From the NCBI GenBank assembly GCA_963976765.1, contig CAXBME010000008.1, positions 62,001 to 126,000 of the forward strand: a stretch of DNA of 64,000 bases, in the 5' to 3' direction. Positions 9,901 through 24,900 of this stretch are shown here, in pieces (the first letter of the stretch is position 1; each line of letters opens with the position of its first letter). The notes beneath the pieces were generated by a model. The model saw only the letters and a list, made by a program, of their open reading frames with translations. It was not told where the DNA came from and did not search any database. The position numbers and the translations under genes are program-made. The stretch comes from an uncultured Planctomycetaceae bacterium (GTDB lineage: Bacteria; Planctomycetota; Planctomycetia; Planctomycetales; Planctomycetaceae).

Positions 9901-12900
9901 CGTCCGGAGCCGGAGCCAATCTGCAGGATACGCTGGCAGCCGGTGGCCTGGCTGCCGGGACATACTTCGTTCGGATCACCAGTAGCGGCGGAACGACGAC
10001 CGGCTCGTACAACCTCGATATCAGTACGACGGCAGCTTCGCCGACGGCGGGCGGCGACGACAACAGCTCGTACTTAACCGCAACGGACGTCGGAACGCTG
10101 GGGGCTGCTGGCGTCTCGCTGAGTTCGCAGATTGAAGCTCAGAATATGGTGGGCATCCCTCAGTTGCCGAATGACAGCTATCCGGGCCACCGCGACATCC
10201 CGGTCGAATCGCACGGTGGTGGCAGCGGTACCGGCACACAGACTGGCGCGACACCATCAACCTACTTCTACAACTTCCGGGACGATTACGGTTCGCTGTT
10301 TGGAATTCCTCAGCAGAATCAGATCACCGAAGGACAGAAAGAACTGGCGCGAGCCATCTTCGAAATTTTCAGTCGTCACACCGGCATCCAGTTCGTCGAA
10401 ACGACCGACAAGGGTACGTACATCGCGACGGGTGACGTTCGAGTTGCTGATCCGACACTGCCTCCTTCGGTGGCCGGGATTTCGACAGTCATTATCGGTG
10501 CGGCAGGTGGTGCCGGCAACGACGAGCAGTACGGTGGCGGATGGATGGGTGTCGCGCTGCACGAAATCGCGCACACGCTGGGGCTTGGCCACTCGGGCGA
10601 TCTGCACTCGTTCCAGGATGGTGGCGGGGCGAGTCCCGTTACTACCGAAACGATTGCCAGCGATTACGACCTCGATCATCTGCGAGCGCTGTATCCACCT
10701 TTCGCTACGGATATCGATCTCTATCGGTTTGAGCTGACAGAAGCGGGAACGGTCAATGCAGAGATCATGGCCGAACGCCTGACCGGGCAGACTCGTTTGC
10801 TCGACGCGACGCTGACGCTGTTCCGTGATCCGTTTGCCCGCGCCTCTTCAAACTTCGGCGGCAGCAGCGCGACCGTAGACTTCACGGCAGTCAACGCGGG
10901 AACATTCGGCAACGACATCACCATTACGCTGCAGAAGTCAGGAAGCCTGACCAACGGTGGCGTACCGAATATCTCAGTCAGCGGACACAACATCACCGTC
11001 ACATTGGATTCGGCCAATGGAACGACTGCCGATCAACTGATCGCTGCACTCGCTGCCCATCCGTTGGCGAACAAACTCGTCAATGCCACCCTGACTTCCG
11101 GTGCGGTCAGCGGAACGACCAACATCACTCCGACGGCTTCCGCCGGAAATGTGATCGGCCTCGGTGGTGGCAATCGTGAAGTCATCGCCCGCAACGACGA
11201 TTACTACAGCGACGACCCGTTCCTCAGTCAGGAACTGGAAGCCGGTGTGTACTACATCGGAGTGTCGGCCAAGGGGAACGAAGCGTACGACCCGACCATT
11301 TCGGATTCCGGGTACGGCGGCCTGTCCAGTGGCAATTACGACCTCAATATCTCGTTCTCACCTGCCGGAGCTGGCAGCAGTCTGGCTGACGCCGACGGAA
11401 CAGCCACCGCGTTCGACGGAAACTCCGACGGAACTCCTGGCGATGCTTTCAACTTCTGGTTTGAAACCGGGGCGACGGTCTTCGTCGATAAGGCCACCAC
11501 CGTGGCTCCTGCCGCTCAGACGGGATCTGTCGACGCTCCCTACAGCACCATTGAGGCGGGCGTTCTGCGAGCAGCCAGTCGGATTGTTATCCCGGCGAAC
11601 CCGACAGATCCTGAAACTGGTCTTCGTGATGGCATCTACGATGCTGGGGATGGATCAGGATTCATTGGCGGTGACTACTTCACCATCAGTGATGGCGTCA
11701 ATCAGCCATTGGTGTTCGAGTTTGACACTGACGCGATGGTAATCGGTTCCAACTTTCGAGTTGATATCGCCGGGTTGACAGATCGAGCAGACATTGCGAA
11801 TGCGCTAAGCGACGCGATTCATACACAGTTTCTTGCCGGCAGAACTTTGATCGATGCGACGGCAGACCCTGCAGGTTTTGTTGATCTCTCGAATGCTGTT
11901 TCGGTCGACGTCTCGAACACGCCGGGGCTCCTGACGGCAGCCAGCATCCTGAGAATTGTCGGAAACGGCGGAGCGGATGGTGATGTGCTCACTCCTGCCG
12001 ACACTCGCGCCTACCTGATCGGTCTCGATAATTCCAACTTGCCATTGCCTGACGGTCGTAACTTTGACGTCCCGCAGGGCGTGACTGCGATGATCGATCA
12101 TGGTGCTGTGCTGAAGCTTCAGAGTGCCAACATCGATGTCGGGTCTACTTCTTCGGGAGTCAACCGACAGGATGCCGCCCTGCAGGTGCTGGGAACGCCT
12201 GACAGCAATGTTTACTTCACCACATTCCGCGATGACTCGCTGGGTGGTGATTCGGACGGTGCGTCGGTTGGCGCCGTGTCCGGTCAATGGGGCGGGATCG
12301 TCTTCCGCACGGACTCCGACCAGAACGACACTGCACGCGGTGACGACGATGCCAACTTCGTCTTCCTCAACAATATTAACCAGGCAGATCTTCGGTACGG
12401 TGGCGGTCAGGTTTCGGTCAACTCGGTCGTCGATGTCTACACGCCGATTCACATCGAAGACGAACGTCCGACGATTTCGAACAGCACCATCAGTCACAGT
12501 GCCGCTGGAGCCATCTCGGCCGACCCGAACAGTTTCGATGATTCCAATGGTCGAATCGGCCCGGACATACAGGGTAACACGTTGATCAATAACTCGATCA
12601 ACGGTCTGTTTGTTCGAATTGCGACAACCACCGGCACGCCGATTGACAAGCTGGAGCGTCAGGCCCGCTTCGACGACACAGATATCACCTATGTGATTTC
12701 TGAAAACCTGCAACTGGTTGGAAACGCCGGTGGCTGGCTGATCGGCAACGAAGTGCAGGAACTGACGATGCTGGGAACAGCCACCAGCGGCCAGTTCACG
12801 CTGACTCTGCCGCCAGGCACGGGTACGACTCAAGCCGGGACTGCTTTGACGCAGGACGTCACCAACCCGGCAGCGACGTCGATTTTCGTGAATGACGCTT

Positions 12901-15900
12901 CTGTGTTTCCGCCAGTTGATGGCAGTGCCTCGACGATAGATTTCACAATTCAGATCGGGACCGAAATTCTCGGTGTCCGCAACATCGTTGGGAATCAGTT
13001 GACGGTTACTCGCGGGTTGTACGGAACCGCCCCGAATACCTACCCGCAGACCGTCACGGCGGTCAACCTGGCCCGAACAACGGTCGCGCTGAGCCACACT
13101 GCTACAGCTGCGGAAATTCAAGTTGCTCTGGAAAACCTGAACGGCATTGGCGTTGGCGGCGTGAATGTTACTGGCGGTCCGATCAATCAGGACAAAATCA
13201 CGATCGAATTCGTTCGTCAGAACGGCAGTGACCAAGTGCTGGAACTCGTCGTGGACAACGCAACGCACCCCGTTGGCACGACAGGCATGACCGACGGTCG
13301 AGTCGTCGTCGACACCATTACAGACGGCCCAGGACTGGGTGGCAATGAAGTCACCGCACGGCTGGGAGCTCGCTTGAAGGTCGATCCTGGCGTGGTGGTC
13401 AAATTAAGCGGTGCTCGCATCGAAGCGGAACGTGGCTCGGCTTATATCATCGCCGAAGGCACACCGGACAGTCCGGTTATCTTCACATCGCTCAATGACG
13501 ATCGTTACGGAGCCGGCAGCGGCACGTTTGACACCAGCAACAATGGTTTCAACACGATCGCGAACAACACCGCAAGTCCTGGTGATTGGGCCGGGATCCT
13601 GCTGAACCTGGGGACTCGCGGCCACTTCGAGCAGACGATCTTTGCTTACGGTGGTGGCACGGCGGTCGTCGAAGGTGGTGAAACCGGCGGATTCAACGTG
13701 CTCGGTATTCACGAAGCCGACGTGCGTGTGGCAAATTCGCTCTTCGAATTCAACGCCAACGGTACGGGCGGCACAGACGCAGATCGTAATAACCGCGAAA
13801 CCAACGATGCCGCGACGATTTTTGTTCGCGGAGCACAGCCGATTATCGTCAACAACGATTTTTCCAATAACCGCGGTTCTGTCATCAGCATTGATGCCAA
13901 CGCGATGAAAGAGATTGGCGTTGCTGATACCGGAGCGTCGACGCAACCCGCTAATGCTTACACCCAGTTTGATGCCAACCAGGGGCCGCTTGTTCGTCTG
14001 AACCGGATGGACGTGGATGGAACTCCTGGCAACGCTCTGCTGGGGATGGAGATTCGTCAGGGCGACCTGGACACAGCCACGATCTGGGACGACACCGATA
14101 TCGTCCACATTGTCCAGAGCGGCACAATCCGCAACAACTACACGCAGCACCTGTTTGGTGGTCTGAAGCTGGTCAGCGATACCAATGCCAGCCTTGTTGT
14201 GAAGATGGGAGCGAATGCCGGCTTCGAAATCGGCAATCCAGACAGTAATGGCGATGGTACGCCGGACGAAGGTCCGCTCGATATTGATGATCGAGTCGGG
14301 CCATCAATGCAGATCATTGGCCAGCCGGGTTTCCCCGTCATCATTACAGCGTTGACCGACGATTCAGTCGGCGCGGCTCTGGACACGGAAGGGTTCCCTC
14401 AGACCGACACGTCCGCCAACGGAAATACAACTCCGGTTGCCGGTTTCTGGGATGAAATCCTTATCGACAGATACTCGAACGACACCAACATGGCGGTGAT
14501 TTTCGAAGCCGAACCGCAGCTCACTGGTGGCGTCGACGAAAATGAAACCGTCACTCCGACCACTAATACCGCCGAGTTTCTGGGTGAACTGGCTCCCACG
14601 CAGGAAGGCGGTAACGAAGATCGTCGGGCTGGTTTCCAGATTCACGGGGTGATCTCTCCAGACGCCACCGACGACGTCGATGTTTACAGTTTCAACGCGG
14701 TCGCCGGAACTGAAGTCTGGCTGGATATCGACTACACAGATCCGCAGCTCGATACAGTGCTGGAGCTGTTAAATGCGAACGGGCAGATCATTGCCCGCTC
14801 ACAGGACAATTCGACACTGACGCCGTTCACCGCGACGCCGAACCCGCTGGAGAAGTTGTCCACGCTTGGTGGCGACTTCTACGCGACAACCACTCGCGAT
14901 GCCGGCATGCGAATCACGCTGCCTGGAACTCCGGGCACGACGCAGCCGTACTTCCTGCGGATTCGAAGTAATCCAGGTGCGGGCAATATTGCGGACCTGA
15001 GCGGCGGTCTCACCAGTGGCCGTTATCGAGCACAGATTCGACTGCAACAGGTCGACCAGTTCCCAGGCGTCGCCGTCACATTTGCGGATATCCGCTACGC
15101 GACCAACGGGATCCATGTTCGAGGCTTGCCTTACAACAGTCCGCTCACGGGGCAGACGAACGAAGATGGCACAAACGATGCCGCCAACAACACGACCGCT
15201 GGGGCGATCAATCTTGGCAACCTGTTGTTCTCTGAGGGTAACAGCTTCAGTGCCGGTGGTACGTTGACGGGTACGACGGACGTCGACTTCTACCGCTTCC
15301 AGATCGACTATCAGAAGATTCAGGAAATCGCCGGGCAAAGCGACGGCGGTAAAACCTGGGCAACGATTATCGACATCGACTGGGCTGATGGTCTGCCTCG
15401 TCCCGATACGACGATTGCCGTGTATCAGCAGAACGGACAGCTGGTTTACATCGGTCGCGAATCCAACGTGATTGATGACCAGGCCGCTCTGGGGCAGGGG
15501 CAGGATCTCGACGATTTGTCACGAGGCTCAGTCGGCCCGCTCGATCCGTTCCTTGGCACTGCGATGTTCGAGGAAGCCTCAGCGGCTGACAATTTCTACT
15601 ACCTGGCTGTCTTCAACAACCAGCTCCAGCCGCAGGCGCTGAATGCCAACGTGCTCAGCAGTTCTGGCAACACAACAGTTCGTCTCGAGCCAGTCAATTC
15701 GTTGACGCGAATCGCGGAAGACCACATTGGTTTCAACGGTTACACATCCAACGGCACTGTGGTCAGTCCCACGACGCCATCGTTGATTGATATTGGTTCG
15801 GCAATTGCGCTCAGTGGAAATATCGAATCGTTCACCATGAACGATCTCGTGCTGTTCGTCTCAGGGACCAATCAATTACGAGCCGTTAATGCGCTGACTG

Positions 15901-18900
15901 GTGCTCAACTGATCAACTATGGCAATCTTTCCGGCGGCAACAATTCGACGCAGGACATCGCTATTCGGTCAGACGGGGTGCTGTACGGCTATCAGGATAT
16001 TACCGGTCCCAATAATGCCGCGACACAGAACACTGTAGGGCGATTGGTTGGTCTTAATACGGGGACTGGTGCCGTTACATTGATCGGCAATGACGGGATT
16101 TCCGGTGAGAATCCTACGCCAGCCAGCCAGAGTCCAGCGAACACTGGTGCCGGCAATGACTTCGATGATATCACGGTTTCCAATAACGTTGGGGCTTTGA
16201 CTGTTGAGCGGTTTCTGCCAGGGGGAAGCACTACCCCGAGCTACACAGGTTGGTATGCCGTTAATGAAAACGGCACCACTGTCGCGGGAGGGGCGAGTGT
16301 TAATTCGAAGTTGTACCGTTCAAATCTCGACACAGGGGCTGTCGCGAACGATACGGGCGATAGAGGTTTTGGCGACATTCAATACAGCGATGTGACATAC
16401 GCCAGTGATACCGCCTCTCTCTCTTCGGGATTAGGGGCAGGGAATACCTCTGTCATTTATGTACAGGCCAAGGCTCCGGGAGAGGCAGGCAATGGTATCG
16501 TCCTGAATATGGCTCCTAACTTCGGAAACAACGCCAACATCAACGTGAGTGCAGGAGCGGGAACTGTCACGGTCAGTTTCGGTCGAAACGCATCAATTCA
16601 AAATATTGTCAATGCGATCAATCAGAATGCGGCAGCCAGCAGACTGATTACAGTCGCACTTGCTAATGGGCAGAATGGTGGCCGGACAACCGGCGACGGT
16701 ACGCAGGCCGGTCAGGGCGCCAGTGATGCCTTGTTGACAGGTGGTTCGGATGGAGCAATTGGACCATTGACCGGTAATGTCACCGGGCTGGCATTCAACA
16801 CGAGCATTCCGAACGACAGTGCTGCCAACCTGCTCTACGGCGTGACGAGTACCGGTGAGCTGATCTCGATAGACCGATTTAATAACGCTGATCTAAAGTC
16901 GGATGCCACTCTGATCGCCAACTTCCGGACGAACATCAGCACGAATGCGATTGTCGACTTTGTGGAGTTCAATCCGGATACGATCACTCGGCCAGCCAAT
17001 AGTGGCAGCTGGATCGCTGATGGGTTCCAGGCAGGTGATACGATTACAGTCACGGACTCACTTAACAACAACGGCAATACACGGACGATTGATACGGTCA
17101 CGGCGACGACAATCACGCTTGTTCCTACAGATATGGTGGTTGACGAAGCCAATGTGGCTGTGCAGATCACATCGTCTACCGGTGGTGTTGGTACCGTGCG
17201 GGTCAATTTTACGGATACCGGTGTCGACAGAATTACCCGAACCGACGGTGGAGACTTTGTCGCGGACGGGTTCGCAGTTGGCGAAACGCTCACAATTGCT
17301 GGTTCGACGAACAATAATGGTACGAACCAGGTGACCATTGGTTCGGTCACGGCTACAACCATTCTGCTGGTTAGCGGAGACACTCTCACGACAGAAAATG
17401 GTGTGGCTGGCGTGACGATTACATCGTCGGGAGGAGGCAATGCGACGCCAGGTTCCGTCAACTTTACGGACACCGGTGTCGACAGCATTTCTCGGACCGA
17501 TGGCGGTTCCTGGACGGCGGACGGCTTCCAGGTTGGTGATACGCTCACGGTGGCTGGCTCTGGCGCCAACGACGGAACCAACTTCTTGACAATTGGATCC
17601 CTCAACGCCACGACGATCTCACTCGTCCCTGGAGATGTTCTGGCGACTGAAGTTGGCGCTGGAGTTGTTATTACTTCAAACAATGGCGGGATCAGTCGAC
17701 TGCCCGTCACGTTTACGGAAGTACCCGGTCAGTTGGATGACCAGATTGTTCGGGTCGACGGCGGAAGCTGGCTGGCAGATGGTTTCATCGTTGGCCAGGC
17801 GATCAATGTGACTGGCTCAGGAGTGCCGGGTAATAACGCTCAGTTCACTATTGCGAGCGTGGACGCGACCACAATTACAGTCGCTGAAGCTGGTGTTCTT
17901 GCGCGGGATCCGGGCGCGAACGTGACTGTGTCCAGCGTGGCTGCGGCTTCGTCATTAACCCCGTCGGACGGAAATCCAATTAATGGATTCACCGCGCTGA
18001 CGTTAGGGCCACAGAATATCTATGGCGGTCTGTTTGCCAATACACTGTTCGCGTCCACCGACGATGGTCGTGTCGTGGCCTTTGAAATTGATGCCACTGC
18101 CCCGAACGGTGTCAGGTTAATCAATGCCTTCGGCGGGGTGGGCAGCGATAATGGACAGCAGACCATCGCTTCAACAGCGACGACTGGCACATTCCAAATC
18201 ACGTACGCCGAGCCAGTCAGTGGTGAATTGCTGGTCACACCGGAGCTCAACTTCAATGCGACGACGGCGCAAGTTCAGGCTGCATTGACCAACCTCGTCA
18301 CAACCGGGGGGCTGCGACCATTCCTTGCTACCGACATCACTGTCACGGCCTCAGCTACCGACCTCTCCGACGGCACGATTACTGTCGAATTTCAGGGGAT
18401 CTACACAGATAAAGCTGTTCCTGTCCTGGGCATCAGTACGGCGACTGCGACACCAATTAACGGAACGGTCACAGTTGCTCAGACGGACGCGCTTGGTAAT
18501 TCGACCATCGGTGGCGATGGAATTCGAGACCAGAACATCCAGGGTGGATTTGGAAATATCACCGGTCTGGCGTTTTCGAATGTCGACTACAACCTGTGGC
18601 ATCCGACAACGAACAGATCAACCAATGCCGGGCACGGGATCAATGCTGCATTTGATAACTCGCGAACGCCGTCGGCTGAGCCTCATGCAATCGCTGACGG
18701 TGCCGGGAACATCAGAACGCAGTCAGAGGCCCAGGGTGGGACGAGCCTGTACTTTGGAATTGAGCAGTACGTCGCCAATGGTCAGACTGATTATCTGAAC
18801 TACAGCGCGGCGAACGGGATGGACCGCACTCAATATGGAATTGTTGACAACGACACTCAGCGGGATTTGACCGCGAATACAACGATCGGCGACAACTACA

Positions 18901-21900
18901 ACACACCAGGGGGCGCATTCGGAAGTTTTACTACTAACAGCGTCGACCTTTCGGCATACTCATTCAATGATAAGCCGACGCTGTACTTCAATTACTTCCT
19001 GGATACAGAGGATGCCCAGGCCGGTCAGGGGCAGAATACGATGCGTGACAGCGCCCGTGTGTTTGTGACGACTGATGGCGGGCGAACTTACACGCAGATC
19101 GCAACCAATAATACGGTACTGGACGCGGAACTTCCGGAGTTTATCTCCCACAATGCTACGTACAATGGGTCAGCCGTTCAGGAATTGTTTGATACCGCAC
19201 AATGGCGGCAAGCCCGCATCGATCTCTCGCAGTTTGCCGGCGCGAAGACTGTTCAGTTTCGGTTCGATTTTTCAACAGCGGGCACAACAAATGGAGAGAA
19301 CCTTCCTGGTGATGCCTTCGGGAATTTGAACGGAAATGGCTCCGCAGCTCGTGCGCAGAATAATACCAACGAAGGCTTCTACATCGACGACATCATTGTG
19401 GGGTTCGCTGAACGCGGTGAACTGGTTACGAACGCTCCCAACGATACCGACTTTGACAATCTGTACTCGGGCGACCTTGGTGGGCGAGCAAATATTAATA
19501 ACCTGACGACGCCGCCGACCATTGTGGCGACTGGCGACTATCAGGTCGAAATTCGTACCGGGACAACGTATGCCGCACCGGCTGATCCTGCCGAGTCAGA
19601 TATCATCGTCTTCACGACGTTCGACACCAACGACCGCCTGATTCAGGATCTGACGACCAAGTTGCCGCCTATCACGCAGACGTTCGATATCGCGATTGAT
19701 TTTGATCCGTTTCCATTAACTTTTGCAGAACTGGACCCGATTAACGACACAGGTGGTACTCCGGTAAGCGTCGCGCCGTGGTTTGAGACAGCCGATGCCT
19801 TTGTGTCCGATCCTCGTAGTCTTCGTTCGGGTGCAGTCGATCCAGGCGAAACTTCGCGAGCTGTGCTGACGCAGGCAACCGGTGATGGAAATGTGACGTT
19901 CTTTGTGGAACTGGATTCCGGTGACACCGGCAATGCATTCCAGTTTCTGATTGACGGCGTGCCTCAGGAAATATTTATTTCTGGAATCAGTATTGGCACG
20001 ACACTTTTGGCAATCGGTACTACCAACCCACAGTTTGCGACGCTGTCTTTTCCGATCACTGCTGGTGATCATGTTTTAGAATGGCGTTTCACACGAGCTG
20101 GAAATGCCACCAGCTTCGGTGCGGATGCGGCGTACATTGACAACCTCGTGATCCCTCAGGATGTGACGTCCACGGGGCGACTTGGTGACCGGAACATCGT
20201 GCGGCCGCAAGGCATGGTGGTGCTGCAGGGCAACTTCATTTCGAATGTCAGTGGAACCGGCATTATTGTTGAAGCGGGAGATCGAGATACCGGCGGCGGG
20301 TTATTTGATACGGACTTCCCATATCCCGGTGCCGGTCGAAATACTCCGATTCAACAGGCCAATTTGACAACTGGAGCGTCGATCAAGAACAACGTTGTTT
20401 CTTTCTTTGGCGGAGCAGGTATTCGGTACAGTGGCGACGCCAATATTGGAGCTGTTCCTGACGCTGCCGTGCCGATGGGCAAAATTATCAACAACACGTT
20501 GTACGGCGGACTGACGCCATCAGGCACGGGTATTGTCGTGTCAAATAATGCCAGCCCGACGCTGGTTAACAATGTTATCGTCAACACAAACACGTCGATC
20601 AACATTGACGCGTCGTCTGGTGGTCAGGCTTCACGACCGGTGGTGCAGCGTACCCTGACGCAGAATGCTGGTGGCTCGGTGAACAGTGGAGTGACGTTCT
20701 CGAATACCGTCACTGTTCCGTTGTCGACAACACTCTTCGTTGATCCGGCCAGTAATAACTTCTATCCGGATGGTGGTTCGGTGGCTGTACCGAACCCGAT
20801 TATTGACAGCTCATTGAATTCGGTGGTTGAACGGGATCCTGCTTACAAGTCCGTACGTCAGTCGCTGGGGTTGCCGCAGCAGGACTTCTTTGCTCCGGAT
20901 CTCGACGTCTATGGTCAGGAACGAGTTGACGACACCAGCACGACGAACGCGACAGGAATCGGGTCGAATATCTTCAAAGACATCGGGGCCATCGAGCGGG
21001 CTGACTTTGCTGGTCCGACGGTTCGCTTGAGCACGCCGCAGGACAACGGCAGTCTGGATTCCGATCCGGATCTGACCGAAATTTCCATCAACAATCCGGC
21101 ATTGCTGACTCAGTTTGTGATTTCGATCACGGATCCAGGAACACCGCCGAATCCAGGTGTTGGGGTGAACGATACGGTGTCCGGGCTGGTGGATGGTTCG
21201 GCGTTTGTGCTGACTCAGACTGATGCAAATGGTGTACGAGTTCTTCGGTCGGGCATCGACTACATTTACACGTACAATTCCAATACGAACGAAGCGATTT
21301 TCCGATCGGTGACGGTCTTCCCGAGCGAAGCGGCCTACAACATCACAGTTGCGGATCCAACACAACTGGTGGACATCGCCGGGAATCAGGTTCAGCCAAA
21401 CCGAACGGATGGCTCTGTCCAGTTCGACATTCTGGTCACTGAAGGGGCGAACGATCCGCCGACGATTGCCGTGCCAGGCCCGCAGGCAACGATCGAGAAT
21501 ACGAACGGCAACGGCTCGTCCATTACGTTCTCACAGGCCGCCGGCAACGCCATCACGATCGACGATCCAGACGCCTTCATTGCCGGAAACATTGTCCAGC
21601 TGACGCTGTCGGGCGATAACGGAACCATCACGCTGCCTGCCGGCTTCGGCAGTCTGGCCACGTTGAACATCGGAACGGGGACCAACGACGTTCAGGTGAG
21701 TCTGACAGGAACGATCGACAACCTGAATCAGATTCTTGACGGCCTGGTCTTCACACCGACGGCTGATGTCAATACGGAAGAGGGTGGGCCGCCGCCGACG
21801 GTGACGCTCAACGTTTCCGTCAACGATCTGGGTAACTTCAGCGCACAGAATCCGCTGGTTCCGCAGATCACCAACGACAGCGTTGACATTACGGTGACGG

Positions 21901-24900
21901 CGGTGAACACGGCTCCGTCAGTTACGGCTCCGGCAACTGTGACCACGGCGGAGAATTCCGACTTCAATTTCACGGCTGGGAATGCCGTGTCGGTTGCTGA
22001 CCCTGACGTCGGCGACATGCTGATCAACCTGACCGTCACGAATGGAACGCTCAGCCTGGCTCCTGGTGCGATTGGAGCTTTGAGCTTCAACACTGGCGAC
22101 GGCACGGATGACTCGTCGATGGTCTTTACCGGCACAGTGGCCGATATCAACGCCGCTCTCGCTGGCCTGGTTTTCTCGCCGAATATGTCGTTCACCGGTC
22201 CCGCAGTCATGACGCTGGTGATCAATGATCAGAACAATTCGGGAACCGGCACGACACCGAACGCGACGGCTCAGACGACGATCACGGTGACCGAAGTCAA
22301 CGATCCACCGATCCTGCGTTTCAACGGAAACGGTCCATCGTTTGACACGGACGCCAACACGGGTAACGGCATTCAGGATCCGTCAGTTGACGTCGTCAGT
22401 GGAGGAATCTTTGAGTTCAAACCATCCACATCGTCGCTGATCAGCATTTCGGATATCGATGCGGGAGCTGGCCAGATTCAGGTCAGATTGTTTGCTGATG
22501 ACGGAACCCTGACGCTGGCGACAACAACAGGCCTGGACTTTGGATTTAATGATGCCAATGGAGCAGGCGCTGGCGATGGGGTTGATGATCAATTGATGAT
22601 ATTCCGCGGAACGCTGGCCGCGATCAACAATGCTCTGTTCAACGCGACTGACGGCGGCTTGCGCTTCAATGCGCCAATGGGGCCGGAGACGCTATTGATC
22701 ACTGTTGAAGTCAATGACCTGGGCAACACGGGCGGCGGAGCTGAGATCGACACAGGATTTATCGACGTCAATGTCGAAGCGCCGGACAACGATCCTCGAA
22801 ACCTGTTCGAAGGAGGGCTGACCTTCCCGATGGGTATTCCGGTTCAGGAAGGTGCTCCGAACGCGACGCTGGTATTTGACGCAGCCAACAACAGGTTGAT
22901 CTCAGTGTCCGATGCAGACAGCACCAATCTTACGGTCACATTGACTGTGGATGGCGGTGCCACGCTGGACCTGCCGAACCTGGTGGCGTCCGGAGTGAAT
23001 ATCACCGATGGTGACGGTGACGGAAGCGTCCAATTTGACGGCACAATCGCCGATCTGAATACCGCACTGTCGGTCATTAACTTCACCTCGAACGGAACGA
23101 ATCCTTCGACATTCACAATCGTCAGCAGCGACGGTGTCGGCACTGATGACACAGACATGATCGCAATTACGGTCAATGACGCTCCGGACTTCATCAACGA
23201 GACCGTCATGGACGTCTCGTACGACTTCATGGTCAACGAGAATGCGGGTCCAGGGATCATCGTCGGCACGATTACGGCTCAGGATGCGGACGTTACAGCG
23301 ATGATTGATTCGTTGACGTTTGCCATTACGAATGGCAACGCACTGGGTGGATTTGCCATCGTTAAGACGGGCGACGCCACGGCCAACATCGTCGTGGCTG
23401 ATCCAACCGTACTGGACTTCGAAACGAATCCGGCCTTCGCCCTGACCGTCACCGTGACGGACTCGACCGGCGTTCTGGATACGACAACGGTCAACATCAC
23501 ACTCAACGATCTGCCAGAGCAGATCGTCATTGACCCAACTCTCTGGACGAACAACGGGCTGACTCTGCTGCGGGTTGGCAACAACATCCGCATCTTTGAC
23601 ACGGTGACGGGTATTGATGTTGTTCCGGTCAACGATATCGACAACGTGACGGACATTATTTTCCAGGCTCGTGACAACGTCAGTGACACACTGACGATTG
23701 ATTTCTCGGGTGGGAATCCAATTCCGGATGGAACGCCGGCACCGGGCGGCATCAACTTTGATGGTGGCACGGGAATCGGCGTCGATTCACTGAATCTGGT
23801 TGGCGGCGTGACTGACGTGACGCACGACTTTGCTGGTGGCGGAGCAGGAACAGTCACGATCGACGGTACGGTGATCACCTACTCGCGACTTGAGCCGATC
23901 AGCGATCAGCTTGTCGTTGGCGGAAACCGAACCTTTAACTTCTCGGGAGCAGCCGACGCGGTCACGTTGCAGGACGACGCGACTGCGGCTGATGGTGTTT
24001 CGCAACTGGTCAGCCCGACCAACTTCTCCGGTTTCACGTTCAGTGCTCCGGCTGGTTCGCTGACGATCAATCTGGGGGCCGGAGCGGACGCACTGACGGT
24101 CGCCAGCCTGGACAGTAATGCGACGCAGGCGGTGACGGCGGTCGGCGGTGCGGACACTGACACGCTGATCGGCACGGACGGAATCGACGTCATTACGGTG
24201 AATGCCACCGATGCGGGGACGATGGTGACCGGCGGTCTGACGACGACTTTCTCTGAGTTCGAAAGTCTCGATGGTCTCGGCGGCAACGATACCTTTACCG
24301 TCAACGACGGAATCACCTTGAGCGGTGACATCGCTGGCGGACAGGGCGACGACTCGTTCACGATCCTCGGAACGGTTGGCGGAAATCTTAACGGCGGAGC
24401 GGGCACCGACACACTGACGTTTACCGGTCCGGGCACCGGTCCTGGCGACGTGGTCGGAGTGATCTCCAACATCGAACGTGCGATCGTTAACGGCACGAAT
24501 GATCCTGTGAATCCGGATCAGATTGTCGTGCGGCTGAACGCCGCCACGCAGGACATGGAAGTGTTGATTACGACGAACAATGTCACATCAACGCAGACGT
24601 TCTTCCAGCCGCCAGTGACTCCGGTACTGACGGTCTTTGTTAACGGGCTGGCCGGTGACGACACACTGGTGATTGACCATCGCAATGGTTTTGTGGATGC
24701 CAACGTTGTTCTGGACGGTGGTGCGGGTGCGGACTCGATTCAGGTGATCGACGAGGGAAGTGCCACGTCGACGATGACCGCGCTGTACACGCCTGGCAAC
24801 TCGACTGACAACGGCACGATCGTCGTGCAGGAGAACGGTCTGGTTCAGACAGTCACGTTCTCAGGACTGACCCCTGTCGAATTTACCGGCATTGCTCAGG

